Below are positions 20,816 through 31,972 of a stretch of 64,000 bases of DNA, in pieces. Where the stretch lies: the NCBI GenBank assembly GCA_963664875.1, contig OY761611.1, positions 2,272,001 to 2,336,000 of the forward strand, given 5' to 3'. The stretch's first letter is position 1. The number at the start of each line of letters is the position of its first letter. The position numbers and the translations under genes were made by a program. This stretch comes from Candidatus Kapaibacterium sp. GTDB taxonomy: Bacteria > Bacteroidota > Ignavibacteria > Kapaibacteriales > UBA2268. The notes under the pieces are model-generated. The model was not told the DNA's origin. It ran no database searches and was given only the letters and a program-made list of their open reading frames with translations.

Positions 20816-21802
20816 ATGAAGCTACTTTTACGAGTTATGCTAATCTTTGCTATTAGCTTCTCTTTTGTAAGTCCTACATTCTCCCAGTTTTGGGAAGAAG
20901 AAGAAAACGGCAAACCTGAAAAAACAGAAAAAAAAGAAGAAAGTTCATTTGGTATTTGGGGCGAGGCTCCGCCTGACACAACTACATCCGAATCAAAATC
21001 CGGCTTTTGGGACATATTTAAAGGTGAACCCGAAGACTCTGCTACTGCTGCCAGAAAAAAAATGATAGAAGAGGCTGATTCTGAAAAAAATAAAGAAAAA
21101 TTTGATTCTTTTGGTAAAGATAAATTTACAAACAACGACAAAAACTCTGACCTTAAAGAGTACGAAGGCTCTACTGTCTTGTTAACAGGCACTGTCCTCG
21201 ATGAGAAAGGCAAGCCGATTCAGGATAATATTTATCTAATCAACCAGTATGGTAAACGCAAACTCTGCCGTGCAAATAATGAAGGCATTTATAAAACAGT
21301 TTTACCATCAGGTGGCTATTATAATATATACCTGAAAAATAGGATAGTTGATAATCCTGTAGTGGTCTTGAAAAAGACAAGCAAATACACAGAGGTCAGC
21401 CACGATTTTAAAGCTGACATTATTAAAGAGGGAAGCGTGGTTTTCTGTAAAAACATTTTTACTTCTAACCAATCTCAAATAAACACAAATCTTGATACTT
21501 TGAAAAATTTGCTTGGCACATATAACCATGTCTCTTTTACTATTGAAGTAAATGCTCCGGTAGTAAAAGAAAAAACGAAAAAAAGTAAAAAATCTAAAAA
21601 GAAAAAAGGTAAAAATCAGGCCGATCCTACTCCTAAGTTAGACGCAACTATAGCTCAGGCAAGAATAGAACAGTTAGAAGGTACTTTCGCAGAAATGGGT
21701 ATAAATAAAAAACTTTACGAAATAAAGGCAGCTGATTATAACAAACAGCTCCCCGAAAACTGTGTTACAATAAAAATCAAATCGATAACAAAACTACAGT
21801 AA
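20816..21802 (+). CDS. Secreted hypothetical protein; beta-sandwich plus degenerate OmpA-like domain
   Basis: Signal peptide, acidic repeats (FWEEEE/IWGE/FWDIF), LTGTVLDEKGKPI, Lys-rich insert. Confidence 0.65.
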   Translation: MKLLLRVMLIFAISFSFVSPTFSQFWEEEENGKPEKTEKKEESSFGIWGEAPPDTTTSESKSGFWDIFKGEPEDSATAARKKMIEEADSEKNKEKFDSFGKDKFTNNDKNSDLKEYEGSTVLLTGTVLDEKGKPIQDNIYLINQYGKRKLCRANNEGIYKTVLPSGGYYNIYLKNRIVDNPVVVLKKTSKYTEVSHDFKADIIKEGSVVFCKNIFTSNQSQINTNLDTLKNLLGTYNHVSFTIEVNAPVVKEKTKKSKKSKKKKGKNQADPTPKLDATIAQARIEQLEGTFAEMGINKKLYEIKAADYNKQLPENCVTIKIKSITKLQ

Positions 21803-21823
21803 TACAGAAACTGAAAATAAATC

Positions 21824-21874
21824 AAAAACAGCCTGCATTTCATTATAACTTTTGAAAATGCAGGCTGTTTTTTT
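21824..21874. terminator. Bidirectional terminator
   Basis: AAAAACAGCCTGCATTT...AAATGCAGGCTGTTTTT. Confidence 0.8.
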
Positions 21875-21973
21875 AATATATAAGTATATTCAGCAGAGTT
21901 TGTCAAGTCTGAAACTTAGATTCCCGGCAAAATCTAGTTATGCATATTTGTTGCATCTGACAAGTCAGTTTGT

Positions 21974-22525
21974 TTATTTGCTTTGGTTGCGAGACTCTTT
22001 TTTTGCTTCTTTTAACCATTTGATATTTAATATAAGAAGAGGCAACCATACCGCTAATTGCATCATCGAAAGATAAACTTCCGCCTGCATATAAGAAAAT
22101 AGATTGACAAAATTTCCTAGTACAAAAACGGCTGACCCGAAAATATTCGATTTGAAAGTGATTCTATTCTTTTTAAAGAAATATTCCATAGCAAAGCCCA
22201 TTGCAAAGAAAGATTCAGCTAATAACATTAAATTGTCAATAGAGCTTTCCGTAGCGTTATGTGGATTTGCCCAGCCTTCAGAATACAAATATGCAACAAT
22301 GTTTATAACCAGAAGTACGGCACCCAAAATACTTAGAAGCTTTTTCTTTTTGACTAAATTTTCCATTTCATCAGAGAGTATCATCCTGTCCAAAGCATTT
22401 CTAATCTGCTTTTTGTCATAGTATTCCTCAGACAGCTTCTCAACTATTTCAGTCGGCTGCATCCCGGCAAGCATCATTTCTTGTGCCTTAGGAAATAATT
22501 CCTTATCTATTGATTTCTTGGTCAT
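21974..22525 (-). CDS. Hypothetical membrane protein
   Basis: 183 aa; soluble N-terminal helices then ~4 hydrophobic segments. Confidence 0.65.
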   Translation of the reverse strand: MTKKSIDKELFPKAQEMMLAGMQPTEIVEKLSEEYYDKKQIRNALDRMILSDEMENLVKKKKLLSILGAVLLVINIVAYLYSEGWANPHNATESSIDNLMLLAESFFAMGFAMEYFFKKNRITFKSNIFGSAVFVLGNFVNLFSYMQAEVYLSMMQLAVWLPLLILNIKWLKEAKKESRNQSK

Positions 22526-22633
22526 TATATTTCTTGTTGTTAGTTAATCATATTGCAAGATAAGCAATAGATATATATTTATAAAACAGAAATATCCAAA
22601 TTGTCGATTATAAAAGCTGATGAAGGTATTAAC

Positions 22634-22663
22634 AAAAGAGGCTATCGAATATGCGACAGCCTC
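22634..22663 (-). terminator. Terminator after leuS
   Basis: GAGGCTATCG-N6-CGACAGCCTC stem; A run on + strand gives a U tail on minus. Confidence 0.55.
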
Positions 22664-22690
22664 AATTAGAATATTATATATGATAATTTC

Positions 22691-25243
22691 TTAGTTCGCA
22701 ATAAAGTTGATCAATTTGTTTGGAACAAAGATTACTTTACGGATAGTTTTTCCTTCGAGATAGCTTTGTACCTTTTCATCAGCTTTTGCAAGTTCTTCAA
22801 TTTGCTGCTGAGTTGCTTCAGCAGGCACTTGCAGTTTTGCTCTGATTTTTGAAGCTACCTGCACTACAAATTCTATTGTGCTTTTTTGAGTTTTTGCTTC
22901 ATCATATTCCGGATATGCCTGTAAAACTACAGATTCTGATTTGCCGAGAATCTGCCATAGCTCTTCCGCAATGTGAGGAGCAAACGGAGCAAGGCAAAGC
23001 ACGAATTTTTCCATAGCTTCTCTTGGTTTTACTTCCGCTTTAGTAAATTCATTAACAAAAACCATCATAGCAGAAATAGCAGTATTAAAGTGCATATTGT
23101 CGATATCTTCGCCAACTTTTTTGATTGTAGTATGAAGTACGTAGTCCTGTTCTTCATTTAGAGCTACATCTTGCACTGCCGCAGATAAGCTGCCTTCAGC
23201 GTCAACAATCATTCTCCACGCTCTATCCAAGAAGTTGGAAACACCTTTGATGCCTTGAGTTGACCAAGGTTTGGAATCGCCAAGAGGGCCTAAGAACATT
23301 TCATATAATCTTAGAGAATCCGCACCGTATTCTTTGATTACATCATCAGGATTGACAACATTTCCCAAAGACTTTGACATTTTCCTGCCATCTTCGCCCA
23401 TGATTAGACCCTGATGGAACAATTTTCTAAATGGTTCTTCTGTAGAAACGTAACCATAATCAAAAAGAACTTTGTGCCAGAAACGAGCATATAGCAAGTG
23501 GAGAACTGCATGCTCTGCACCACCCATATATAAATCAACACCCTGTCCCTGCATCCAATATTCTTCTTTTTCAGGATCGCAGAATATTTCGTCGTTTGTT
23601 GGGTCAATATATCTCAAGTAATACCAGCAAGAGCCTGCCCATTGAGGCATAGTGTTAGTTTCGAATCTTGCCTTTTTACCCGTTAAAGGATCGACAAAGT
23701 TAGTCCATGATTCAACATTTGCTAATGGAGACTCTCCTGTTCCTGCCGGCTGATAGTCAGTTACATCCGGCAATACAAGCGGCAACTCGTCTTCATTTAA
23801 AGCACGTTTTGTGCCGTCTTCAAAGAACATAATTGGCATTGGTTCACCCCAATATCTTTGGCGAGAGAACAACCAGTCACGAAGTTTGAATTGAACTTTT
23901 GCTTTGCCAAGTAACTGATCTTCGAACCATTTCGTCATAATTTTGCCCCCTTCAGCAGTAGGCATATCATCTATAGAAACTTCATTGTTTGAAGAGTTGC
24001 AGCAGATGCCATACTCTGTAAATGCAGCTTCCTGCACGTCCCATTCAGAACCATCAGCAGGCTTCACAACTTGTTTGATAGGCAAGCCAAGAGCTTTTGC
24101 AAATTCGTGGTCTCTTGCGTCGTGTCCGGGAACAGCCATAATAGCACCAGTGCCGTAATGAGCAAGAACGTAGTCTGCTATCAAAACAGGAATTTTAGTT
24201 TTATTAGCAGGGTTGCAGGCATAAGCACCTGTGAACACACCTGTTTTTTCTTTGCTTAATTCTGTTCTTTCAAGATCACTTTTAAGAGCAGATTTTTCAA
24301 TATATTTTTCGATTGCTTCTTTGTGCTCAGGCGTAGTGATTTTTGCAACAAGTTCATGCTCAGGAGCAAGCACCATGTACGTAGCGCCGAAAATCGTGTC
24401 AGGACGTGTAGTAAATACTTTAACCTGATCGCCTGTTTCAGCTATTTCAAAAGTAAGCTCTGCACCGGTGCTTTTACCAATCCAGTTTTTCTGCATATCT
24501 TTAGTAGAGTTTGGCCATTCAACCAAATCAAGATCATCCAGCAAACGGTGAGCATATTCTGTAATTTTTAGCATCCACTGTCTCATCGGACGACGCTCAA
24601 CAGTATAGCCTTTGTCTTTCCATTCGTCAACTTCTTCATTTGCAAGTACAGTACCAAGCTCTTCGCACCAGTTCACCGGAATCATAGAGATATAAGCAAG
24701 TCTGTGATCGTCTTTATAGTCTTCAATTTCTTTTTCGGACTTAAGATTTTCAGGAATTGGAAGCTCGTCTATGTGGCGAGCTTTGTCAGCTTCTTTGTCA
24801 TACCAAGAATTATATATCATAAGGAACATCCACTGAGTCCATTTATAATAAGACGGGTCAGTAGTATTTACAGAGCGATCCCAATCATATCCCAAGCCAA
24901 TCATATCAAGCTGACGTATGAAGTTTTCGATATTTTTAGAAGTTGCCTCCACCGGGTGGATACCTGTTTTCATGCAATATCTTTCAGTAGGCAAACCAAA
25001 AGCATCAAAGCCCATTGGGTGAATAACATTAAAGCCGGTCATTCTTTTGTAGCGAGCGATAATATCAGTCGCTGTGTAGCCTTCCGGGTGACCAATATGC
25101 AAGCCTGCGCCTGATGGATAAGGGAACATATCCAGAATATAATATTTAGGTTTATCGTATTCTTCGCCTGTTTTGTAGATTTGCTTTTCTTTCCAATATT
25201 GTTGCCATTTAGGCTCAATACTGCCAAAAGGATAAGTTGACAT
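22691..25243 (-). CDS. leuS: Leucine--tRNA ligase
   Basis: [50 protein letters not shown]. Confidence 0.98.
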   Translation of the reverse strand: MSTYPFGSIEPKWQQYWKEKQIYKTGEEYDKPKYYILDMFPYPSGAGLHIGHPEGYTATDIIARYKRMTGFNVIHPMGFDAFGLPTERYCMKTGIHPVEATSKNIENFIRQLDMIGLGYDWDRSVNTTDPSYYKWTQWMFLMIYNSWYDKEADKARHIDELPIPENLKSEKEIEDYKDDHRLAYISMIPVNWCEELGTVLANEEVDEWKDKGYTVERRPMRQWMLKITEYAHRLLDDLDLVEWPNSTKDMQKNWIGKSTGAELTFEIAETGDQVKVFTTRPDTIFGATYMVLAPEHELVAKITTPEHKEAIEKYIEKSALKSDLERTELSKEKTGVFTGAYACNPANKTKIPVLIADYVLAHYGTGAIMAVPGHDARDHEFAKALGLPIKQVVKPADGSEWDVQEAAFTEYGICCNSSNNEVSIDDMPTAEGGKIMTKWFEDQLLGKAKVQFKLRDWLFSRQRYWGEPMPIMFFEDGTKRALNEDELPLVLPDVTDYQPAGTGESPLANVESWTNFVDPLTGKKARFETNTMPQWAGSCWYYLRYIDPTNDEIFCDPEKEEYWMQGQGVDLYMGGAEHAVLHLLYARFWHKVLFDYGYVSTEEPFRKLFHQGLIMGEDGRKMSKSLGNVVNPDDVIKEYGADSLRLYEMFLGPLGDSKPWSTQGIKGVSNFLDRAWRMIVDAEGSLSAAVQDVALNEEQDYVLHTTIKKVGEDIDNMHFNTAISAMMVFVNEFTKAEVKPREAMEKFVLCLAPFAPHIAEELWQILGKSESVVLQAYPEYDEAKTQKSTIEFVVQVASKIRAKLQVPAEATQQQIEELAKADEKVQSYLEGKTIRKVIFVPNKLINFIAN

Positions 25244-25498
25244 CGTAAGTCCTTAGAATTAAATTACTATACTAAATTGATTATATACTTATTCAAGTAA
25301 ATCAAAAATACGAAAATTTGAGAGGAAATAATATTAGGAGGGAAAATTCTTTTTAGTTTATATTGTTTTGCTCACTTTAGCTAAGTATCAAGCTCGCTCA
25401 GCTTCCTCATGACCAATTGAATATAAGCATGCCCTGCAATCTATCCAACCTTAAGTCAAGCAAAGAATAGAATCAACTATAAACTACCAAATTCTGCT

Positions 25499-27391
25499 CT
25501 AAATGGCTAAATCACCACGATACTTTGGCACAGTAAAGTAGAATTTACTGCCAAGATTGATTTGGCTTCTTACCCAAATTCTGCCGCCGTGCTTTTGGAC
25601 AAACTCTTTGCATAGCACTAAGCCTAGCCCTGTGCCTTTTTCTGCATTAGTACCTAAGGAGGTATGATGATGCTCCGGATTAAAAAGATTAGAAGCAACT
25701 TCTTCTTCCATCCCTATTCCTGTATCTTCAATGCAAACTGTAACAAATTCTGAGTCTTCTGCGACTACATCAAAAGTTATTTTGCCGCCCTCTTCTGTAA
25801 ATTTTATAGCATTAGAAGTTAAATTCCTTATTACTGTAGTGAGCATATTTCTGTCGCCATGGACATACACCGGGCTTTTGATTTTTGAGCTTAGATCTAT
25901 CATTTTTTCTTTTGCTGAGGCTGAAAGAAGATAAATATTATTAAAGGCAAGTTCCTGCAAATCGATTGGTTCGGGATTAAACGATATATTACCCATTTGA
26001 GTTCTTGACCATTGGAGTAAATCTTCGAGTAGCTTATAAATGCTGTTAGCTGAATCATAAATTGACGAGGCAGTCTCTTTCAAATCCTTCATAGTCATTT
26101 CTTCAATATCTTTATTAAGCACTTTAGAAAGTCCAAGAAAGTTCCCCATAGGTCCTTTCATGTCGTGTGCTATGATTGAGAAGAATTTGTCTTTTACTGA
26201 TAGGGCTTCCTGAAGCTTCTTTTCAGATTCTTTGAGTGCAAGCTCTGTGCTTTTTTGTTTAGTAATCTCTGTAATGACGATTACAACACCGTTTAATTCG
26301 CCTTCCGGAGTATAAAAAGCACGGGGCGTAACCAAGACCGGGACTGTATTGCCGTTTTCATGTATCAGATTGAGTTCGAAAGATTCGTTTCCGTTATCAA
26401 ATCTTTTTAAGCGAATCGCAAGGAATTGTGCTTCATTTTCAGAAATAAAATCAAATGGGGTCATTCCGTGAATTTTGTTTTGTGCTTTGCCAATCATATT
26501 ACAAAATGCACCATTGCCAAAAGTAATTTTGAAATCCTTGTCTGTTTTAATCAGACCTTCGCCCATGGTATCAATTAGAAATCTATAGTGCGAGAGAGCT
26601 TCTTTGAGTTTGTTTTCTGCAATTATGCTGGAAGTAATATCCCTAACTGTCCCTTCGATGAAAGCATCGCTTCCGAATTTATCTTTGATTAGTCTGGCAG
26701 TTACAGATACCCATACGATAGAACCGTCTTTTTTTTGAATCTTGGTCTCATATTGGTCAATAACACCAAATTCTAAGAGTTTATTTTTGAATAGTTGTAC
26801 TCTGTGAGGCTGCAAAGAATTCTCAAAAACATTGAGCCCAACAAGCTCGCCGGGAGTATATCCGGTAACGTCAAAACAGGAAGGCGAAATCATTAGAATA
26901 TATCCATCTGTATCCATCCTAAGAAATACATCTCGCAAATTGGAGAATAATGCCCTATATTCCTGCTCTCTAATTAGGAGAGCTTCTTGAGCTGCTTTTC
27001 TTTCAGATATATCAAGTATCACTCCGATAATCTCAATCACCTTTCCCGAAGAATCCTTTAGCGGAGTAACTGAAAGATCAGCCCAGAGTATGGTGCCGTC
27101 TGACTTTATGTAGCGTTTCTCTATGCGATAGAAGTCAAGCTCACCGTTGACCAATTTAGAATATAAAGTCTTTGTTTTTTCGAGGTCATCCTTTACTGTA
27201 ATATCAAATATATTTTTAGCATTGAGCTCATTCTCCGAGTAACCCAAGATAGTTTGTAAATATGTATTGGTGTAGAGTATTTTACCTTCTGTATTCAATA
27301 AATCTATACCGACAGCAGCGTTGTCAAAAACTGCAGTTAGTTTAGCTTCTGTTTGCGTTTGGATTGCTTTTATGTGATTCTTTTTACTCAT
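25499..27391 (-). CDS. PAS-domain sensor histidine kinase
   Basis: Three PAS domains, FSIIAHDMKGP, NLTSNAIKFT, EKGTGLGLVLC. Confidence 0.92.
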   Translation of the reverse strand: MSKKNHIKAIQTQTEAKLTAVFDNAAVGIDLLNTEGKILYTNTYLQTILGYSENELNAKNIFDITVKDDLEKTKTLYSKLVNGELDFYRIEKRYIKSDGTILWADLSVTPLKDSSGKVIEIIGVILDISERKAAQEALLIREQEYRALFSNLRDVFLRMDTDGYILMISPSCFDVTGYTPGELVGLNVFENSLQPHRVQLFKNKLLEFGVIDQYETKIQKKDGSIVWVSVTARLIKDKFGSDAFIEGTVRDITSSIIAENKLKEALSHYRFLIDTMGEGLIKTDKDFKITFGNGAFCNMIGKAQNKIHGMTPFDFISENEAQFLAIRLKRFDNGNESFELNLIHENGNTVPVLVTPRAFYTPEGELNGVVIVITEITKQKSTELALKESEKKLQEALSVKDKFFSIIAHDMKGPMGNFLGLSKVLNKDIEEMTMKDLKETASSIYDSANSIYKLLEDLLQWSRTQMGNISFNPEPIDLQELAFNNIYLLSASAKEKMIDLSSKIKSPVYVHGDRNMLTTVIRNLTSNAIKFTEEGGKITFDVVAEDSEFVTVCIEDTGIGMEEEVASNLFNPEHHHTSLGTNAEKGTGLGLVLCKEFVQKHGGRIWVRSQINLGSKFYFTVPKYRGDLAI

Positions 27392-27735
27392 AAAAATATA
27401 TTTATCTTAATTTTAGAGAAGGTGTAAAACTTGTTTGTTTCCTATTATCGACCAATTTGTAACAATGTTTAATAATTCGTGTCGAAAGAACTCACAATAT
27501 ATTACACAAAAACGATTTATCTAAATATAATATTGCTACGCGTAAATAATATCGGTAGTTATACTTAATTACCATAAGTATTTTACGCTACTATGCATTT
27601 TTATACTTAACTGCTTCAGGGTATAATTTTAAAGTAGTAAAAGGTATTTAATTTCACAAAAGTAACATTGGAAAAATTACTTGTATCTACTTAAAAGAAT
27701 AAGTATGTTTGATAAATTTTATTATTTAAATATCT

Positions 27736-28161
27736 GTGATGCAAGTACTTCAAAAAGACATTACTTTAAAGCGAAGAAGCAGGGGTGCCCATCTAATAAC
27801 CGGTGAAATAACAGATTCTTTCAGAGAAATGTCTTCGATAAAAGCCGGAATAGCTAATATTTTTATCAAACATACCAGTGCTTCTTTAGCAATCAATGAG
27901 AATGCCGATCCTGATGTAAGAATAGATTTAGAGCACTATCTGAACCGTGCAGTACCCGAAAATGCTTCAGATTATCTACACACAGCAGAGGGTGCTGACG
28001 ATATGACTTCGCATATTAAAAGCATTCTAATTGGAAGTTCGCTCACTATTCCGATAAAAAACGGTAAATTTGCATTAGGCACATGGCAGGGTATTTATTT
28101 ATGTGAGCATCGCAATAATGCTTCAGCCCGACATTTGACAATTACGATAATAGGCGAATAA
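27736..28161 (+). CDS. yjbQ: YjbQ/UPF0047 family protein
   Basis: HTSASLAINENADPDV, HTAEGADDMTSHIKS, LGTWQGIYLCEHR. Confidence 0.92.
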   Translation: MMQVLQKDITLKRRSRGAHLITGEITDSFREMSSIKAGIANIFIKHTSASLAINENADPDVRIDLEHYLNRAVPENASDYLHTAEGADDMTSHIKSILIGSSLTIPIKNGKFALGTWQGIYLCEHRNNASARHLTITIIGE

Positions 28162-28166
28162 ACAAT

Positions 28167-28847
28167 ATGGATAAGAAAATAGCAGTAGTCTTGCTTAGTG
28201 GTGGTATGGATTCTGCTCTTTGTGCTGCAATAGCAAAAGAGGAAGGATATGAATTGGCAGCTCTCCACCTGAATTACAAACAAAAGACACAAGAAAAAGA
28301 GTACCAATCTTTCAAAAGACTATGCGATCATTATCAAATCAAATATAGATTGTCTGTCGATGTAAGTTATCTAAATCAAATAGGAGGCTCGTCTCTTACT
28401 GATGAAAGAATGACAGTTGACAAAGCAAATTTGGAAAGTGAGGACATACCCACCAGCTATGTCCCTTTTCGTAATGCAAATATTATGGCAATAGCTACAA
28501 GCTGGGCAGAAGTATTGGGTGCTTCAGCTTTATATGTAGGAGCTGTCGAGCAAGACAGTAGCGGATATCCTGACTGTAGAGTAAGTTTTTTCGAAGCTTT
28601 CCAGCAGGTAATCAATACAGGAACTAAACCGGACACACACATAGAAGTAAAGACTCCGGTAATTCACATGATGAAATCAGATATAGCAAGAAAAGGCTAC
28701 GAACTTGGAGTGCCATTTGAAAAAACCTGGAGCTGCTACCAAAATAGCGAGGAAGCATGTGGAGAATGCGAATCATGCGTTTTGAGGCTTAGAGGCTTTT
28801 CCAATGCAGGTTTAGAAGATCCTATTACTTATGTAAAAAAGAAATAA
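28167..28847 (+). CDS. queC: 7-cyano-7-deazaguanine synthase
   Basis: LLSGGMDS, YVPFRN, SGYPDCR, TWSCY...CGECESC. Confidence 0.95.
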   Translation: MDKKIAVVLLSGGMDSALCAAIAKEEGYELAALHLNYKQKTQEKEYQSFKRLCDHYQIKYRLSVDVSYLNQIGGSSLTDERMTVDKANLESEDIPTSYVPFRNANIMAIATSWAEVLGASALYVGAVEQDSSGYPDCRVSFFEAFQQVINTGTKPDTHIEVKTPVIHMMKSDIARKGYELGVPFEKTWSCYQNSEEACGECESCVLRLRGFSNAGLEDPITYVKKK

Positions 28848-28965
28848 TTGAATTATTTCAAAAAAGATTTTGTCGCTTTGTGGAAAAGTTTTAAATTTGT
28901 AATCCTTTTATATGTAGCATGTTATAGAATAAACTACACAAATAAATTGTATTTAGTGAGGTAAA

Positions 28966-29568
28966 ATGAATTACAACGGTCCTAAAGTAAAGCTATCCCG
29001 TAAACTTGGGTTAACTATAACTCCGAAGGCAAAAAAAGTTACAGGTAAAAAACCTTATCCTCCGGGACAGCATGGAGCTTCTAAACGCCGTGCTAAACAG
29101 TCTGACTTTGGTCGTCAGTTATTGGAAAAACAGAGATTAAGAATGCAATACAACATCTCTGAAAGCCATATGCGTAAGTATTACAAAAAAGCGACTCACA
29201 TGACTGGTAACACAGGTGATTTGTTGGTTCAGTTGATGGAATCAAGACTTGATTCTTTAGTATTGCGTGCAGGATTTGCCCGCACAATTTACGCAGCTCG
29301 TCAGTATGTAACACATGGTCACGTATTTATCAACGGTAGAAAAATGAATGTACCGTCTTATCAGGTAAAAGTAAACGATGTGATTACGATCAAAGAAAAA
29401 AGCAGAAATTTGGATTGCTTCCAGGAATCTGTAAGAAATACTAATCCACCTGCTTACTTAGAAGTTTCTAAAGCTGATTTGAGTGCTAAATATATCTACG
29501 TTCCTCCTCGCGAAGAAATTCCTGTAGAAGGTGAAGTACCATTAGTGGTGGAATTCTACTCTCGTTAA
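28966..29568 (+). CDS. rpsD: 30S ribosomal protein S4 (lacks N-terminal Zn-ribbon cysteines)
   Basis: PPGQHG, LLEKQRLR, ESRLDSLVLRAG, ARQYVTHGH, VVEFYSR. Confidence 0.96.
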   Translation: MNYNGPKVKLSRKLGLTITPKAKKVTGKKPYPPGQHGASKRRAKQSDFGRQLLEKQRLRMQYNISESHMRKYYKKATHMTGNTGDLLVQLMESRLDSLVLRAGFARTIYAARQYVTHGHVFINGRKMNVPSYQVKVNDVITIKEKSRNLDCFQESVRNTNPPAYLEVSKADLSAKYIYVPPREEIPVEGEVPLVVEFYSR

Positions 29569-29590
29569 TAGTAGAATGGATAAAATTTAC

Positions 29591-29635
29591 AAAAAAAATG
29601 CCTCCTCGAAACGCTACGAGTCGGCATTTTTTTTT
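29591..29635. terminator. Bidirectional terminator after rpsD
   Basis: AAAAAAAATGCC...GGCATTTTTTTT with inner CTCG/CGAG pairing. Confidence 0.75.
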
Positions 29636-29650
29636 GTTAGTAAAATTTTT

Positions 29651-31972
29651 TTATCTCACAATTACAAGAGGCATTTGTTCTAATATCAAATTATTATCTT
29701 TGATAATGAGAACGTATTTACCCGGGCTAACATCTTCGACATTGAAGCTAAAACTATTTTTCCCTGAATTGATACTGAAATCGTCGAATAATTTAACTAT
29801 TTGACCACTAGAATTTACCAAAAGTAAACTACAAAAACTACCAGCATTTCCGGTGTATTCAAATTCTACATTACAGCTATTTAGAACAGGATTAGGCTTT
29901 AATTGGCTTAGTTTCAAAATATCATCTGATAACACTGAAGTTCCTTCACCCTCCCCACTAAGCGACACATATACAATAGAATTTTCCGGGTCGTTAGATC
30001 GAATTCGGAGTTCTGATAAAAACAAATCTGCACTCACGGGAGTAAATTTTACTTTAACATTGGCAGTTTCACCGATAGGTATTATAGGATTGGGTAAGTC
30101 ATCTACTTCAAAAACTCCGCTATCATCTGCTACAATATACAGTGAGTAAATTTCCAAATCTGAATCACCCTTATTAGATATTTGGATTTCCTTTTCTAGA
30201 GTATTGCCAACTACAACCGATTGAAAATCTAGCTCTGCAAGATTAGTGGAGATTTTACTTATATTTTTATACGTTCCATCAATTTCAATGTTGTCTAACC
30301 ATAAAGCATTGCCTCCACTTCCCGGAATAACTGATATCTTTATTAGAACATTTTTGCCAAAAAGAGATTTCAAATCCACAGAATCTTTTTTGTAATCTGA
30401 GGATCTTGGTACATAAGTTCCTGAGCTGCTCCCTGTTTCAGTATCTATTGGAATCTTTCTATCTATTTCAATCCATGTATGCCCATCGTCTTCAGATGCA
30501 TAAAAGACTATTTCAGGATCAGTTTTTCCAAAATTTCCGTTGGAGTATGCATAGAAGTATTTAATTTTTGCATCGTCCAATATCTTAAGATTCGCTTCTC
30601 CAAAAAGCAGTGTAGCGGGCTTTCCTTCAATTTCATAATTTGTATGCAAATGGTAAAGAACCGCATCTTTTGAATTGTTTACACCTATAGGATATGTGGC
30701 ATGAGAAACTAAATATCTGGTATTTTTATCAATATCAAGAGCAAAATGCTCGGTTCCTTCTTCAAATGTAAATGTTGTTTTATCGAAAGCAGCTCTATGG
30801 AAATGAATCCCTTCGTGAGTGCTGTAGTTATCAAACTGATCCAAATCAACAATAAGTTGTCCGGTTTCTTTTGAATTATTGATATTGTCAAATCCGGATA
30901 TTTTTATATAATAATTTCCTGTAAACTCACAATAGATGTCCCCAAAATCCATAGTAACAGATTCCCCTTTTTTCAAATTTCCTTTAAAGGTTTTACTATA
31001 GTCATATTGATTCGCAGTAACTTTTAAATCAAATTGAGTAACTTCCGTTTCAAATTCGTTGGTAATGACTACTTTTGGATTAAAGGTATCAAAAAAATAA
31101 CCTTTGGGCATTACAGTCAAGTCCTGCAAAGACAACATCACCATATTTTCGGCTGGGATGCCAACTCTCGTGCCCGCAGCAGTAATAATATTTGCTTTAT
31201 CAGGCGCAATAAATGCAACAACTTCAAGCTGAGTTAGGTCAAGCTCGATATCGCGGATTGTTTCTGGGAGAACGAGCTTATACTCTCTTTTACCAAAAGT
31301 GCCTCCTGTTGTATTTGCAATCTCATCTCCCCAAACTGACTCTGTCAGGGGCATTCGTAAACAATGTTGATGTCGATATAATCCATCTTCTGTAACAAAA
31401 TCCGGGTTAAGTTTTTCCGCATTTGCTTGATAACTTATGATTTCATTTTGTAGCAACATAACCGATAAATGATTAGTCGGGTTAGCTTCTGTACTTGTAT
31501 AGTAATACTCTACCAGTACATTTAATTCTCGTGTTGATAGGTTGACATCAGCTTCTATGGCTAAATTTACAGGAGAAGCCTCCCCTATTAGCTTCTTAAC
31601 ATTATCTTCCCAATAATTCCTACTTTGAGCCCAAGGCTTTGTATTTCGATTAATCGATCCGGTAGGATAAGCTTCAGCACCGGCCATGGAGTCTATAGTT
31701 TCGCCGGCATCTGTTCTCATGTCCTTGTCGCGGCTCTGCTGAGGAATGGCATAGTAATCTGCGTGAATATTAATCGGGAAAAATCGATTTTCATATTTTG
31801 CAGCTAATTCATTCGCGATTTTGTGACCATCCGGACACCAACCACAATATATTCCCGTAAATTCTTCAAGTACAGCATTTCGATTTGTCGGAGATGTAGA
31901 AACAATAGTTTGAGTAAATGTTACATCAAAACAAAAAAATGCAAATGTGAATAACAAACAAAACAACCTCAT
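29651..31972 (-). CDS. Omp28-related thioredoxin-fold surface protein with Ig-like (ASH/choice-of-anchor D) domain and T9SS C-terminal sorting domain
   Basis: Signal peptide; LEEFTGIYCGWCP; HQHCLR; ISNKGDSDL...VKFTP...SNDPEN; PNPV...GKYVLII..LVIVR. Confidence 0.85.
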   Translation of the reverse strand: MRLFCLLFTFAFFCFDVTFTQTIVSTSPTNRNAVLEEFTGIYCGWCPDGHKIANELAAKYENRFFPINIHADYYAIPQQSRDKDMRTDAGETIDSMAGAEAYPTGSINRNTKPWAQSRNYWEDNVKKLIGEASPVNLAIEADVNLSTRELNVLVEYYYTSTEANPTNHLSVMLLQNEIISYQANAEKLNPDFVTEDGLYRHQHCLRMPLTESVWGDEIANTTGGTFGKREYKLVLPETIRDIELDLTQLEVVAFIAPDKANIITAAGTRVGIPAENMVMLSLQDLTVMPKGYFFDTFNPKVVITNEFETEVTQFDLKVTANQYDYSKTFKGNLKKGESVTMDFGDIYCEFTGNYYIKISGFDNINNSKETGQLIVDLDQFDNYSTHEGIHFHRAAFDKTTFTFEEGTEHFALDIDKNTRYLVSHATYPIGVNNSKDAVLYHLHTNYEIEGKPATLLFGEANLKILDDAKIKYFYAYSNGNFGKTDPEIVFYASEDDGHTWIEIDRKIPIDTETGSSSGTYVPRSSDYKKDSVDLKSLFGKNVLIKISVIPGSGGNALWLDNIEIDGTYKNISKISTNLAELDFQSVVVGNTLEKEIQISNKGDSDLEIYSLYIVADDSGVFEVDDLPNPIIPIGETANVKVKFTPVSADLFLSELRIRSNDPENSIVYVSLSGEGEGTSVLSDDILKLSQLKPNPVLNSCNVEFEYTGNAGSFCSLLLVNSSGQIVKLFDDFSINSGKNSFSFNVEDVSPGKYVLIIKDNNLILEQMPLVIVR

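Noticed and set aside
25261-25498. Possible T-box or leader RNA upstream of leuS
   Set aside because: No T-box consensus or terminator/antiterminator seen; a promoter-like motif lies close to the start
28167-28847. queC as part of a QatABCD or Dpd defence system
   Set aside because: Canonical-length QueC with housekeeping neighbours; no TatD, ATPase or dpdA adjacent
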